Assembly: GCF_963921235.1 (NCBI RefSeq)
Contig: NC_086118.1
Location: 26,724,001 to 26,788,000 of the forward strand
Reading direction: 5' to 3'
From: Mobula hypostoma
Taxonomy: Eukaryota
Length of the DNA: 64,000 nucleotides
The notes below the pieces were generated by a model, which did not search any database, was not told the DNA's origin, and saw only the letters and a program-made list of their open reading frames with translations. Positions 38,050 through 50,466 of this stretch are shown here, piece by piece. The translations under genes were made by a program, and so were the position numbers. The stretch's first letter is position 1. Each line of letters opens with the position of its first letter.

Positions 38050-41000
38050 AGTCTGTGGTCAGGACAAGAGGATGTGACTGTGAATAAAGTACATTGGGAG
38101 ATCTAAGAGGGAGTGCGAGAGGAGTTTCAGCCCTTCAGCTTGTCCAACAGGTTTGAGATTCTTGCTCCTTGTGTAGATGGGAATAGGGGCTATAGAAAGG
38201 ATGACCAAAATGTGGCCATTCAAGAGAGGGGAAAGAAGAGAAATGTAATTACAATTGGGATAGCATAGGGGAAGAGAAACAATTTGCTTTCACAAAGATC
38301 AAGAGTCCTAAAGGCTCTATTGTCTGACTAGTGTCCGTGTTTGAAGCATCTCTTTTGACCTCCAGAGGAACATGGAGAGGTAGGAGAAAGATACAATTGC
38401 TGTGGTCCACATGGGTAAGAAGAACAATGAAAGAGGTTTTGCAAAACACGTTCACTCTGCCAAATTCCCATTGGCCAACCATTTTAACTCCACACACCTT
38501 CTCATTTTGACATGTGGGTTCGTGGCATCCTCTGCTGCCACAGTGAGGCCACTCTCAGGTTGGAGCAGCAACACCTGGGTAGCTTTCCACCTGACGCCAT
38601 GAACATCGATTTGCCTAACTTCCAGTAATTGTTCCTCCTTCCCCCTTCTCTCTTTTCCATTTACCACTCACTCTTCCCTCCTTCTCTCTCAAATCAGATT
38701 CCTTCTTCTGCAGCCCTTTACCTTTTCCACCATCGGCTTCTCACCTCATCTCCCCCTACGCCAGACACCTACTTGCCCCTCCATCTGGGTTCACTGTCAG
38801 CTTCCCCTCGCCCAACTTCTCATTTTGGCTTCTTCCTCCCCCTCCTTCCTTTCCAGTCCTAATGAAGGGTCTCAGCCCAAAAATGTTAACTGCTGCCTGA
38901 CCTGCTGAGTTCTCCAGCTTTTTGTGTGCATTACTCAGGATTTCCAGCATCTGCAGAATCTCTCGTATTTAGGTTTTGCTCTGGGAATTTGAGCAGCTTG
39001 TGACTAAATTAAAATGCAGAACCAAAAAAGGTGATAATCTTTGGATTATTACCTGAGCCACATGCAAATTGGCACAGGGTTAATAAGATCAGAGTGTTAA
39101 ATGTTTGGTTCAATGACTGGTGTGGGATAAGTGGGTTTGAATTCATGGGCATTGGCACAATATTGGGGAAAGAGGGAGCTGTTACGGTCGGTCCAGGCTC
39201 CACCTGAATCGCATAACTAGGCTTCTGGATAGGATTTTAAACTAAATAGTGGCATTGGGGTGGGGGGAGTTCAATACCTTGGAAAAGTATGGATATAGTA
39301 AAAGGGAAGTAGAGTGCAGGAGAAGTTATTAAAATCTCCAGAATGAAGAATAAGACAGAAAGTTTTGAAAGGAATAGAATTTAACTTCAGGAGACAAATT
39401 TGAAAAGAAGGGTGGTGAATACAGGAATAAAGGTATTATACTTGAATGCACACAGTATACAGAAAAAAGATAGATGAGCTTATAGTCCAGCTAGAAATTG
39501 GCAGGTATGTCACTGGGGACATCACAGAGTCATAGTTGAAAGAAGATCACAGCTGGGAGCTAAACATTGAAGCATAAACACCCTATCAAAAAGACAGCCA
39601 GTTAGGCAGCAAGATTGGGGTGGCTCTATGGGTAAAAAAATGAAAGCATATCCTTAGAAAGAAGTGATGTAGAATCAGAAAATTTAGACTCCTTGTGGAT
39701 AGAGTTAAGAAACTCCAAGGTTGAATTTGTAGAATGTCTATGAGACTGCTTTTTAGAACAACGTGGTGGTGCCCACTAAGGCAATTCTGGATTCGAGGCT
39801 GTGTTGTGAACCCGATTTGATTTGGAAGCTTAAGGTAAATAAATTCTTAGGGAGGTAGTGATCATAATATAAAAGCATTCACCCTCCAGTTTGAGAGGGA
39901 GAAGCTAAAATTGGATATATTGGTAACATAGTTGAGTAAATGGAATTAGAGGGGTTGGCCAATGTTGATTGGAAAGGGATACTAGCAGGGATGATGGTGG
40001 AGCAACAATGGCTGGAAATTCTGGGAGTAAATCAGAAGATGCAGGATTGGTTCATCCCAAAGAAGAAGAAGAAGAGAGGATGAGCAACTGTGGCTGAGAA
40101 GGGAAGTCAAAGAAAATATAAAAACAAAAGAGAGGGCTTACAACATAGCAAAAAATAGTGGGAAGCTAGAGGATTGGGAAGCTTTTAAAAACCAACAGAG
40201 GCAACTAAAAAAGTCATAAAGAGAGAAAAGATGATATATGAAAGTAAGCTAGCTAATAATATAAAAAGGAATACCAAAAGATTTTTCAGAAATATAGGGA
40301 GGCAAGAATGAGCACCGGACCATTGGAAAACAACATTGGAGAGGTGGTAATGGGAACAAAGAAATGCCAGACAAACTGATTTAAGTATTTTGTATTAAGC
40401 TTCACTGTGGAAGACACCAGCAACGTAGCAAAAATTGAGAGAATCAAGAGGCACAAGTGAGTGTACTCACTATTACAAAGGAGAATGCACTCAGGGAGTG
40501 GAAAGGTCTGAAGATATTTTCCTCCTGGGACAGATGAACTACATACTAGGGTTCTGACAAGAGGAACTATTAGTGATATTTTAAGAATCACTAGATTCTG
40601 GAATTGTTTCAGAGAACTGGAAAATTGCAAAAAATGTCACTCCACTTTTTAAGAAGGGAGTGAGGCAGAATAAAGGAAATTATAGGCTAGCTGGCAAGAT
40701 GTAGAGTCCTGAACTTGGGGGCATATAGGCAGAACTTTGCTTCCTGAAGGGGAAATCTTGCCTGACAAATTTTTTGGAATTCTTTGAGAAAATAACAGGC
40801 AGGATAGACAAAGGAGAGTCAGTGGATATTGTTTCCTTGGATTTTCAGAAGGCCTTTGATAAAGTGCAGCACATGAGGCTGCTTAACAAGACAGCAGCCC
40901 ATAGTTTTACAGGAAAGATACTAGCATGGAAAGTAGATTGGTTGACTAGCAGAGTGGGAATAAGGGATTTTTTTCTGGTTGGCTGCTGATGGCTTGTAGT

Positions 41001-41925
41001 GTTCCTGTTAATGATCTAGATGACAAAATTGATGGCTTCGTGGCCAAGCCTATAAATGATACAAAGATAGGTAGAGGGGCAGGTAATGTTGGAAGAATGA
41101 CGGTATCAATAGAATACAGTGTAGAAAAGGGTATGATCATGTACTTTGGTACTAGGAATAAAGTCATAGATTATTTTTAAACAGAGAGAAGATTCAGAAA
41201 TTGGAGTTGCAAAGGGTCTAGGGAGTCCTAGTGCAGGATTCCCTCCAGGTTAACTTGCAGGTTGAGCTGGTAGTAGGACGGCAAATGCAATGTTAGGATT
41301 CATTTCAAGAGGACTGGAACATAAAGGCAAGGATGTAATGTTGAGGCTTAATAAGATGTTGGCCAGACCATGTTTAGAGTACTGTGAGTAGCTTTAGACC
41401 CAAATCTGAGGAAGGATATATTGGCATTGGAGCTGATCCAGAGGTTTACAAGAATGACCAAGGAAATGAAAGAGTTAATGTATGAGGAGTATTTGATGGC
41501 TCTGGCTCTGTACTTGCTGGTGTTTATAAGAATGAGAGGTGATCTCATTGAAATCTTTCAAATTTTAAAAGGCCAAGATAGAGTGGGCATGGAGAGGATG
41601 TTTCCCATAGTGAGAGAGTTTACGACCAGAAGACTCAGATTCACAGTAGAAGAATGTCCCTTTAGAAATGAGATGAGGAGGAGGTTCTTTAGCCGGAGGG
41701 TGGTAAACCTGTGGAGTACATTGCCACAGACACGTGTGGAGGCTAAGTCATTGGATATATTTGAAATGGAGATTTATAGTTTCTTGAATAGTAAAGGCAT
41801 GAAGGTCACAGGGATAAAACAGGAAAATAGGGTTGAGAAAGAAAATAAATCAGCCATGATCGATCGGCAGAGCAAACTTGACAGGCCAAATGGCTTAATT
41901 CTGCTCCTATGTCTTATGGTCTAAT
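38050..41925 (+). mobile_element. Near full-length degenerate CR1-type LINE
   Basis: ORF1 remnant, endonuclease start (tacttgaatgcacacagtatac), LDFQKAFDKV, RRVVNLWSTLP, tcttatggtct tail. Confidence 0.88.
38430..38972 (+). mobile_element. Penelope-like 3' fragment nested in CR1 ORF1
   Basis: Homologous to 34749-35350; decayed hammerhead cagtcctaatgaagggtctcagcccaaaaatgttaactg. Confidence 0.8.
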
Positions 41926-42289
41926 AAATGTCATCCTTTGTGCAATAAAATTGCCCCTCAAGTTCCCATTAACTCTTTCTCCTCTCACTTTACACCTATG
42001 CCCTGTAGTTCTTGATGCTACAACCTTGGCAAAAGGACTGAGTGCATTCACCCTACGTCTTGCATCATACAGCTTCCTTCCATTGTTTGGATGAAAAATA
42101 TGGTACCCCACATACGGGAGGAATAGAGTATAATACTCATTATCAAACTTTATACATAAATGGAGATGTTAGAGAGTAAAGAGCATGGACCAGGTTAACT
42201 CTGCATAAAGACAAACTCATTGTCTTCAAGTAACAGAAGAACGGAAAGAAGGGGGTTCAAAGATTAATATAAAACTGTCACTGAAACTT

Positions 42290-42630
42290 AAGACCATAAG
42301 TTCATAAGACATAGAAGCAGAATTAGGCTAATTAGCCCATTGAGTCTACTCCGCCACTCAACCATGGCTGATCCTATTTTCCCTCCTCAACCCCATTCCC
42401 CAGCCTTCTCCCCATAGCCTTTGATGCCTTGTCCAATCAAAAACCTATCAATCTCTGCCTTAAATACACCCAATGACCTGAAGCTTTTACTATGCACTTT
42501 GATAACGTTTGCTAGCTTGTTTTCATATTTCATCTCTTCCCTTCTAATGATTCTTTTATTTGCTCTCTCTAGGTTTTTAAGAGCTTCCCAATCCTCTATC
42601 TTCTTGTTAATTTTTGCTTTGCTGAAGTTT
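42290..42630 (-). mobile_element. CR1 fragments (3' tail joined to an internal ORF2 piece)
   Basis: Chimeric ORF 42387-42671; ccataag tail. Confidence 0.75.
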
Positions 42631-42815
42631 TCTTTTGGTAAAATAAAATTCATAATACAGTGAGAAAACATTTGAAAAATATTGAATGCTTATTTAATGC
42701 AACATTTTTAGTTTATATTGGTATTAAAATATATCACAATCTTACATTGAAATGGTCATTTTTATTAATGGAAAATCTTTCCTACTAAATGAATGTCAAA
42801 TATGAATGATCTTAC

Positions 42816-42918
42816 CTTTCTATCTTTTCCACTGGTTATTATCTGATATTCATCAGGATGATAACAGACACATTTGAAAAGGGTGTTTGCCAAAATCATT
42901 TGATTTCTTGCATACCGT
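42816..42918 (-). CDS. CFAP52: CFAP52 coding exon (3rd from last)
   Basis: TACCAG acceptor, GTAAG donor; RYARNQMILANTLFKCVCYHPDEYQIITSGKDRK; 103 bp, phase consistent. Confidence 0.95.
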
Positions 42919-43727
42919 CTGGTAAAAATAAACACATTATTTAAAAATACAAAATACAGTTTTTACAGTGTTAAAGCTCAGTTAAAAAGAGATTCTTTTT
43001 ACTTCCCTTCACCCTCTCAATGTTTTGTTCCTTTTCTTAAAAAAGCCACATAGTTCAGGAATATGGTTAATACCACAATCCACTTGAGTCTAGGCATTGA
43101 GTGTTAGCAAACTGTTTTCATTAGAGCACATTTTGATCACAATCCTTTCATTCAGGATTTCTTGGCAAGCTTTCCACTATGGAGTCCTCGAATTAACAAT
43201 CATTATTGTTGAGTCAGAATGATGATATCTAATTTTGCTTTTATACCTCCTGGTGTAAATAGGCTAATTACAGCATTACTGTATAAAAACAAAACATTAT
43301 GGACGCTGAAAATCTGACATAAAAACAGAAAATGTTGCAAATAGTGGTAGTGAATTATCCAACAGCAACTGTATGGAAGAGTTCACACTGCAGGTCAATG
43401 AAATTTCATGTGAATGTTGCTGAAAGGTAAGCATCCTGAAACATTAACACTATCTCACCTGCTCAGGAATTTCAACATAACCTGTTTTTTTTTATTTCTA
43501 TAAGAATTCTTGCTTCAACTGAAATCAAGAAATGCACCACAGTTTGAATCTGGATATTATTCAACCTCATATATCAATTTCTTGATGCAAGGATATGAGT
43601 TTACCTGCTGAATCATAATATAAAACAAATGATTATTCTGCAAAAAATAATACCTGCAGTTTAGCCTTGGATTCCAACATTGAGAGAGGAATTATTTAGA
43701 GGCACATTTCACATTAGATGGTCACTA

Positions 43728-43741
43728 TTGCCATCTGCTGG
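43728..43741 (-). promoter_or_regulatory. Candidate CTCF site
   Basis: CCAGCAGATGGCAA matches the CCASYAGRKGGCR core; lies in non-repeat intronic DNA. Confidence 0.4.
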
Positions 43742-44107
43742 TAGGCAAATGTGAGCACATCTTTTTGTGCATTTCCCACATTATAACATGGGGGCAACAA
43801 CTTGTTTATAATGTTTAAGTAAAAATAAATGAGAAGTATTTTTAAAAATGTAGAAGTTATGCTCAGAGAAAAGTGACTCAATTAAAATCTTTTTTCTACT
43901 TTAGTGGAAAGCTCGCCACAGTCAGCATAGTTCAAGTTCGAAGTAAGTTTGTAAGAAAAAATACATATTTATCACCATATACAACCCTGAAATTTATTTT
44001 CTTGTAGGCATACTCAGTAAATCCAATAACCATAATAGAATCAATGAAAGACAACAAACTATGCCAATACAAAAAGAAAGAAGAATAGTAGTAATAAATA
44101 AGCAATA

Positions 44108-44290
44108 TAGTGCTTTGAAAAAGTATTAAGACCCCACAATTATTTTCACATTTTACTGTCTCATTTTCTAAATTTTAAATATATTGTAGGATTTTTTGAG
44201 CTAATCTACAAAGCATTGTGCATTATGTCAAATCAAAAGGAAAATTCCAAAAACCTGTGAACAATTTACTAAAATTTAAAAATCAAAATC
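44108..44290 (+). mobile_element. Tc1-like terminal fragment
   Basis: TA followed by tagtgctttgaaaaagtattaagacccc, resembling fish Tc1 TIRs. Confidence 0.5.
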
Positions 44291-44363
44291 ATGTAATAAG
44301 GCAATACTGTATATTATCTTACCAACTCATCTAATTTGTTCATGTAGAAAATTGGAGCATCAC

Positions 44364-46595
44364 TGTGTTGTGCATTTAATATTTCAGTCGTATTTGACTA
44401 ATCTTCTATATATATATGCGCACATCTTGTTTAAAGTAAGCACAAAGGTAGGCTCAGATTTTGGACTTCCATGTCTGCCACTGAATTAGTTTAATGTTCT
44501 GAAGTTACAACACATAACAGTGGTGATGAGATATTTTAAAAATGAACCTGAGATGGCTATCGACCTGTTGAAGCACAGTGAGACAGACGATTGAACTAAA
44601 AAAAAGCACAGCAAGGAATGGCAAGTAAAAAAATGCAACTCGGTACATTTCAGGTTTTAAAAAAAGGCAGTAAATGAGTGAATTCAGAGTTCATAAAGAA
44701 TGGGTACTGGGTGATAATAATCATTTAAAAAGCAGAAATGCTTGGCTACATCGTTAAGATTTGCATGTTTGATTCCACAAGAGATAACTGGCTCGTGTAT
44801 ACTGAAAAAATATTTTGAAGCAAATGAAACAGCCATTGAGAAACAAATGCCAATTTTGCTGAGTGCATTGGGTTTAAAGGTATACAATTCACTTCAAAGG
44901 TTAATTGCTCCAAATAAACTAGCAGAAATAAAATGTGATGATATTGTCAAAGTAATGCAGGAACATTTAGAACTGATGCCATTATTGATTGCACAACACT
45001 TTAGGTTTCAAAATCAGAATCAAAAAGAAAACATGTCCATTTCACCATATGTGGCTCAATTGAAGAGATTGTCTAAGCATTTGTCAGTTCTGTAATGGGC
45101 TTGATGATACACCAAGAGATTATTTAGTTTGTAGACTCTTACAAGAAAGCATTCAAAATGGCTCCTAACTGAAGCACCTCACATTTAAAAGAGCAGTTGA
45201 AATTGCTGTATCAATGGAAACTGCAGACAGATGCAATAGAGTTGCAGTCAGCAATGAAAACTGCACCATCTAGACAAAGGGCAACTTGACCGAACAAATT
45301 GTTTTACCATGATGGAAGGAGCTCACATACACCAGACCAATGCAAATTTAAAGGCAACACTTGCAGAAAATACAACAGAGTAGGACACGTGCAAAGAACA
45401 TGTTGGGTAACCAAAAATAAATGGACTGCGCAGAGAACAGAAAAAGATAAAAAGTCAAGTTGCAGTTTGAAAAGAGTGATAATCTGCATGCTGTTGATGA
45501 AAAAATCTGATAAAGATGGGAGTGACGCAGGGCAGTGTGGGCTTGAGATGTACAGTGTGAAAATTAATAACAGACAAGCAATATGTCTTTTGCCAGAAGT
45601 GAACGGCAATTAAAATGAAATTGGAGATGAGCTCAGTTGTTACTGTCATTCCAGAAATGAGCTTGAGTGGCATTTCAGAGATACTAAACTCAAGCCTGCA
45701 GATACCCAACTAAGAACATATACTGGAAAAAAAGATAACTCCCGTGGGAATGACATTCTTAATGGTGAAATACAAAACTAACAAGCCATATTGTGGTAAA
45801 AAAAAACAGGAGGGCCAGCATTGTGGGGAATTAAGAAAGGTATTGGATGTTGCCAAAACTGTCTCCAAGCTGTACACCATAAACCGTGGTCCAACAGAGG
45901 GCAAACAGGTGTTGATGCCAAATTCTGTGCCTTTGGTTGGAAAGCATATTGGACCAAGGAAGGACCATGCTGCTCAGAGAGATTGTGAAAATGACTAAAG
46001 CAGTGCTCTGCTACAACAGTTTTTAAAGCTTTTGATATGTTAATCAGGCAGTTACTTGTGAAATGTGGCTTGGTTTTAGGCTGGAAGAGAGATCAAGGAA
46101 CTTTAGGAAAGTTGCAAGCTTTCAGCTTTTGTGAATATAAATAATCTGAATCTATTCTGCATGTGTTAGTTTATTGCATGAACTTCAAATGGGAGAAAAA
46201 AGCTGCTTGTAAAAGTAGATGCAAAGACGAAAGCCCAGCTGGATGAACGGAAGACTAAAAAGAAAGGAGTCAGTGCAGATACAAAAACAGAGGATTCATC
46301 AGATGACGTTATGGATGTGGAAACCAAGATCAGATTGTAAACGAAGCAATAGAAAGATAAATAAGTAATATTCTAGTGAACTAAATGCACCTCTGCAAGA
46401 TCAAGATGCACAAACGAGAAGAAGATAAAGGAATGAGAAGAAAGGTGTCCAGAAGAGTCAGAACCACTTCCTGCAATCTTAGAATCAACTCCTACAATCA
46501 CCATGGAGGAGGAAGCAGCACCTAAGATTATTTTTACTGTTGCAAGTCTCATGTTCCAAGTAGTGTGATCCCCTTTGTTAGGAAAGACTTCATCG
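44364..46595 (+). mobile_element. Decayed Gypsy-type LTR retrotransposon (5' LTR 44364-44519, gag/protease remnants)
   Basis: LTR end ACATAACA then PBS-like gtggtgatgag; gag YFEAN...ILLSALG...IAQHFRF; degenerate zinc knuckles HTPDQCKFK...CRKYNRVGHVQRTC; no 3' LTR seen. Confidence 0.8.
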
Positions 46596-46602
46596 CACAA
46601 AA

Positions 46603-47347
46603 GACTATTTTCTAAGTGGAGAGAAATTTTAAAAATCTGAGATGCAAAGATACTTGGGAGTCCCAGTGTAGGATTCCCTAAATGTTAATTTGCAGGTTGA
46701 GTTGGGGGTGAGGAAGGTAATTGCGATGTTAACATTCATGTCAAGAGGACTAGAATGTAGTTTGAGGCTTTTAAGACCAGCGTGAGGCCTGACTTGGAAT
46801 ATTGTGAGCAGTTTTGAGCCCCTTATCTAAGAAAGGATGTGCTGATATTGGAGAGGGTTCAAAGCAGGTTCACAAAAATGGTTCTGGGATCCAAAGGCTT
46901 ATCGTATTAGAAGCGTTTTACAGCTCTGGTCCTTTACTCACTGGAATTCAGAAGAATGAGGGAGATCTCATTGAAAGCTATTTAATATTGAAAGGCCTCA
47001 ACAGAGTGAACGTGGGAGAATGTTTCTCATGGTGGGGGAGTGTACGACCAGAAAACCCAGCCTCAGAATAGCGGGACGTCCATTTAGAATGGAGATGAGA
47101 AGGAATTCCTTTAGCCAGGGAGTGGAGAATCTGTAGAATTCATTGTCATGGGCAGCTGTGGAGGCCAAGTTGTTGGGTATATTTAAGGAAGACGTTGAAA
47201 GGTTCTTGATTAGTCAGGGCATGAAGAGTTACAGAGAGAATGCAGGGGTTGGGGCTGAGAAGGAAAAGGATCAGCCATAATGAAATGGTAGAGCAAATTT
47301 GATGAACCACATGATCTAATTCTGCTCCTATATCTTATGGTCTTATG
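46603..47347 (+). mobile_element. CR1-type LINE 3' fragment
   Basis: Same family as 34398-36370; tcttatggtcttatg tail. Confidence 0.85.
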
Positions 47348-47349
47348 AA

Positions 47350-47510
47350 AATCTGGCTGAGTGGTGCCACAACAACAACAACCTCCTACTCAACGTGAGC
47401 AAGACCAAGGAGCTGATCTGGACTTCAGGAGGATAAAGCCAGAGGTCCAACAGCCAGTCCTCATCTGGGGATCAGAGGTGGAGAGGGTCATCAATTTTAA
47501 ATTCCTTGGG
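47350..47510 (+). mobile_element. Rex1/Babar RT fragment
   Basis: tggtgccacaacaac...ctcaacgtgagcaagaccaaggagctg...tttaaattccttggg. Confidence 0.75.
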
Positions 47511-48217
47511 TTACCCATAGCCCTCTATTTTTCTAAGATCCATGTACCTATCCAGGAGTCTCTTAAAAGACCCTATCGTGTCCCCCTGCACCACCATCAC
47601 CACCATCACCAGCAGCCCATTCCACGCACTCACCACTCTCTACGTAAAAAAAACTTACCCCAACATCTCCTCTGCACCTGCTTCCAAGCACCTTAAAACT
47701 GTGCCCTCCCATGATAGCCATTTCAGCCCTGGGAAAATGCCTCTGACTATCCACACGATCAATGCCTCTCATCATCTTATACACCTCTATCAGGTGACCT
47801 CTCATCCTCCGTGGCTCTAAAGAGAAAAGGCTAAGTTCACTCAACCTATTGTCATAAGGCATGCTCCCCAATCCAGGCAACCTCCTTGTAAATCTCCTCT
47901 GCACCCTTTCTATGGTTTCAACATTCTTCCTGTACTGAGGTGACCAGAAGTGAGTACAGTACTCAAAGTGGGCTCTGACCAGGGTCCTATACAGCTGTAA
48001 CATTACCTCTCGGCTCTTAAACTCAATCCCACCGTTGATGGAGGCCAATGCACTGTGTGCCTTCTTAACCACAGAGACAACCTGTGCAGCAGCTTTGAGT
48101 GACCTATGGACTCGGACCCCAAGAGCACTCTGATCCTCCACACTGCCAAGAGTCTTACCATTAATACTATATTCTGCCGTCATATTTGACCTACCAAAAT
48201 GAACCACCTCACACTTA

Positions 48218-48437
48218 AACAATAGGAATTCTGCAGATGCTGGAAATTCAAGCAACACACATAAAAGTTGCTGGTGAACGCAGCAGGCCAGGCAGCATCT
48301 CTAGGAAGAGGTGCAGTCAACATTTCAGGCCGAGACCCTAGTCCTGACGAAGGGTCTCGGCCTGAAACATCGACTGCACCTCTTCCTAGAGATGCTGCCT
48401 GGCCTGCTGCATTCACCAGCAACTTTTATGTGTGTTG
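48218..48437. mobile_element. Palindromic Penelope-derived insertion with 14-bp TSD
   Basis: 87-bp inverted arms 48253-48339 and 48351-48437; TSD CCACCTCACACTTA at 48204-48217 and 48438-48451. Confidence 0.9.
48340..48375 (+). ncRNA. Minimal type-I hammerhead ribozyme-like motif
   Basis: AGTC-CTGACGA-AGG-gtctcgg-CCT-GAAAC-ATC-GACT: stem I AGTC/GACT, stem II AGG/CCT; G>A change before the cleavage triplet relative to the 3856-3888 copy. Confidence 0.65.
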
Positions 48438-48935
48438 CCACCTCACACTTATCTGGGTTGAACTTCATCTGCCACTTTGCCCAGTTTTGCATCCTATCGA
48501 TGTCCCACTGTAACCTCTGACAGCCCTCCACACTATCCACAACACCCCCAAACTTTGTGTCATCAGCAATTTTACTCACCCATCCCTCCACTTCTTCATC
48601 CAGGTCATTTATAAAAATCACGAAGAGTAGGGGTCCGAGAACAGATCCCTGAGGCACACCACTGGTAACCGACCTCCATGCAGAATATGACCCATCTACA
48701 ACCACTCTTTGCCTTCTGTAGGCAAGCCAGCACTGGATCCACAAAGCAAGGTCCCCTTGGATCCCCTGCCTCCTTACTTTCTCAATAAGCTTTGCATGGG
48801 GTATCTTATCAAAAGCTGTGCTGAAATCCATATACACTACATCTACTGCTCTACCATCATCAGTGTGTTCAGTCACATCCTCAAAAAATTCAATCAGGCT
48901 CGTAAGGCACAACCTGCCTTTCACAAAGCCATGCT

Positions 48936-49230
48936 AGTCCTTTGTTTTGGCGTGTGCCTGCGTGCGTGCATCTGCGTGAGTGTGTGTGCGTCCATGATGA
49001 TGTCCGTTCCATGGCTTTTTACAAGGCGGAGAGAGAGACTGTGTGGTGCACCGCTCCTCACACAGACATTTTGCAGTATTTTTCCCTTTTATTTTACAAC
49101 GTCGAGCTGCAATCTCGACACTCAACCCAGCACAGATGGAAAGTGTACTCGAGAGCGGACCCGACTGGTTTCGAACCCGGGAACCTCCGCTCCCGGGTCC
49201 GGCGCCGATGTCATTGTGCCACCAGCCAGC
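48936..49230 (-). mobile_element. tRNA-headed SINE, young
   Basis: A box TGGCACAATGA (49221-49211), B box GGTTCGAAACC (49177-49167), CpG-rich, CA-rich tail; splits the CR1 sequence. Confidence 0.85.
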
Positions 49231-50466
49231 ATCAGGCTGACTATTCCTAATCATATTATGCCTCTCCAAATGTTCACAAATCCTTCCTCTCAGGATCTTT
49301 TCCATCAACTTACTAAACACTGAAGTAAGACTTACTGGTCTATAATTTCCTGGGCTATCTCTACTTCCTTTCATGAATAACAAAATCTGCAATCCTCCAA
49401 TCCTCCAGAACCTCCCCTGCCCCCACTGATGATGCAAAGATCATTGCCAGAGGCTCAGCAATCTCCTCCCTCGCCTCCCACAGTAACCTAGGGTACATCT
49501 CACCAAGTCATTCCTACAATCGCCAAGGTCCTTTTCTGTAGTGAATACTGAAGCAAAGTATTCATTAAGCACCTCAGCTATTTCCTCCGGTTCCATAAAC
49601 ACTTGCCACCGTCACACTTGATTAGTCCTATTCTCTTATGTTGTATCCTCTTGCTCTTCACATATTTGTAGAATGCCTTGGGGTTTTCTTTAATCCTGCT
49701 CGCCAAGGCCTTCAACTGAAAATCAAGGATCTAATGCACAAGGAGGAATTGAGGCCAAGGTCCTGAAGCTTATCGAGTAGTTTTGATGGGATAATAATAT
49801 TGAATGCTGCGCAGTACTCAATAAGGAGTATCCTAATGTATTAATTTTTGCTGTCTAGATGTTCCAGGGTTGAGTGAAGAGTCAATGAGATGCCATCTGC
49901 TGTGGACCTGTTGTGCTGGTAAGCAAATTGGAGTGGATCCAAGTAATTTCTCAAGCAGAAGTTGATATATTTCATCACCAACCTCTCAAAACACTTCATC
50001 ACTGTAGAGTATGTAACTGCTACCAGACAATAGTCATTGAGGCTGGTTATCATGTTCTTCTTAGGCACTGATATAATTAAAGCCTGCTTGAAGTGGGTAG
50101 CTGCCACAGACTGCTGAAGCAAAAGGTTAAGGATCTCAGTGAACACTCCAGCCAGTTGACCAGGACAGATCTTTTGTACTCCGCCAAGTATCCTATCTGA
50201 GAAGGATGCCTTCCGTGAGTCCACCCTCCTGAAGGATGCTCCGTGATTTCAGCATCAGAAAATGAAATCACACGATCATCGGAGGCTGTGGGATTTCCTG
50301 ATAGTTCCTCCATGTTTTGATGGCCAAAGTGAGCATAGAAGACATTGAGCTCATCTGGAAGCAAAGCCCTGCTGTTACTTACATCACCTGGTTGCACATG
50401 CAAGCTCTGCCACAGCTGTTGAAGATCCTTCATTGATCCAAGTTTAGTCTGGAATTCCCACTTTGC

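Larger units (their letters stand above)
47511..49712 (-). mobile_element. CR1-type LINE, second subfamily
   Basis: ORF 48325-48924 (VTSGVPQGSVLGPLLF, KIADDTK) and ORF 47563-48258. Confidence 0.92.

Noticed and set aside
48180..48513. Mirror ORFs MLVNAAGQAASLGRGAV on both strands (also 3810-3995)
   Set aside because: Artefact of the palindromic PLE insertion, not a protein family
49160..49230. tRNA gene
   Set aside because: Has A/B boxes but I see no acceptor stem or T-run terminator; it continues into a SINE body
47350..49740. CR1 inserted into a single Rex element
   Set aside because: The flanking Rex pieces are in opposite orientations and not contiguous; no TSD
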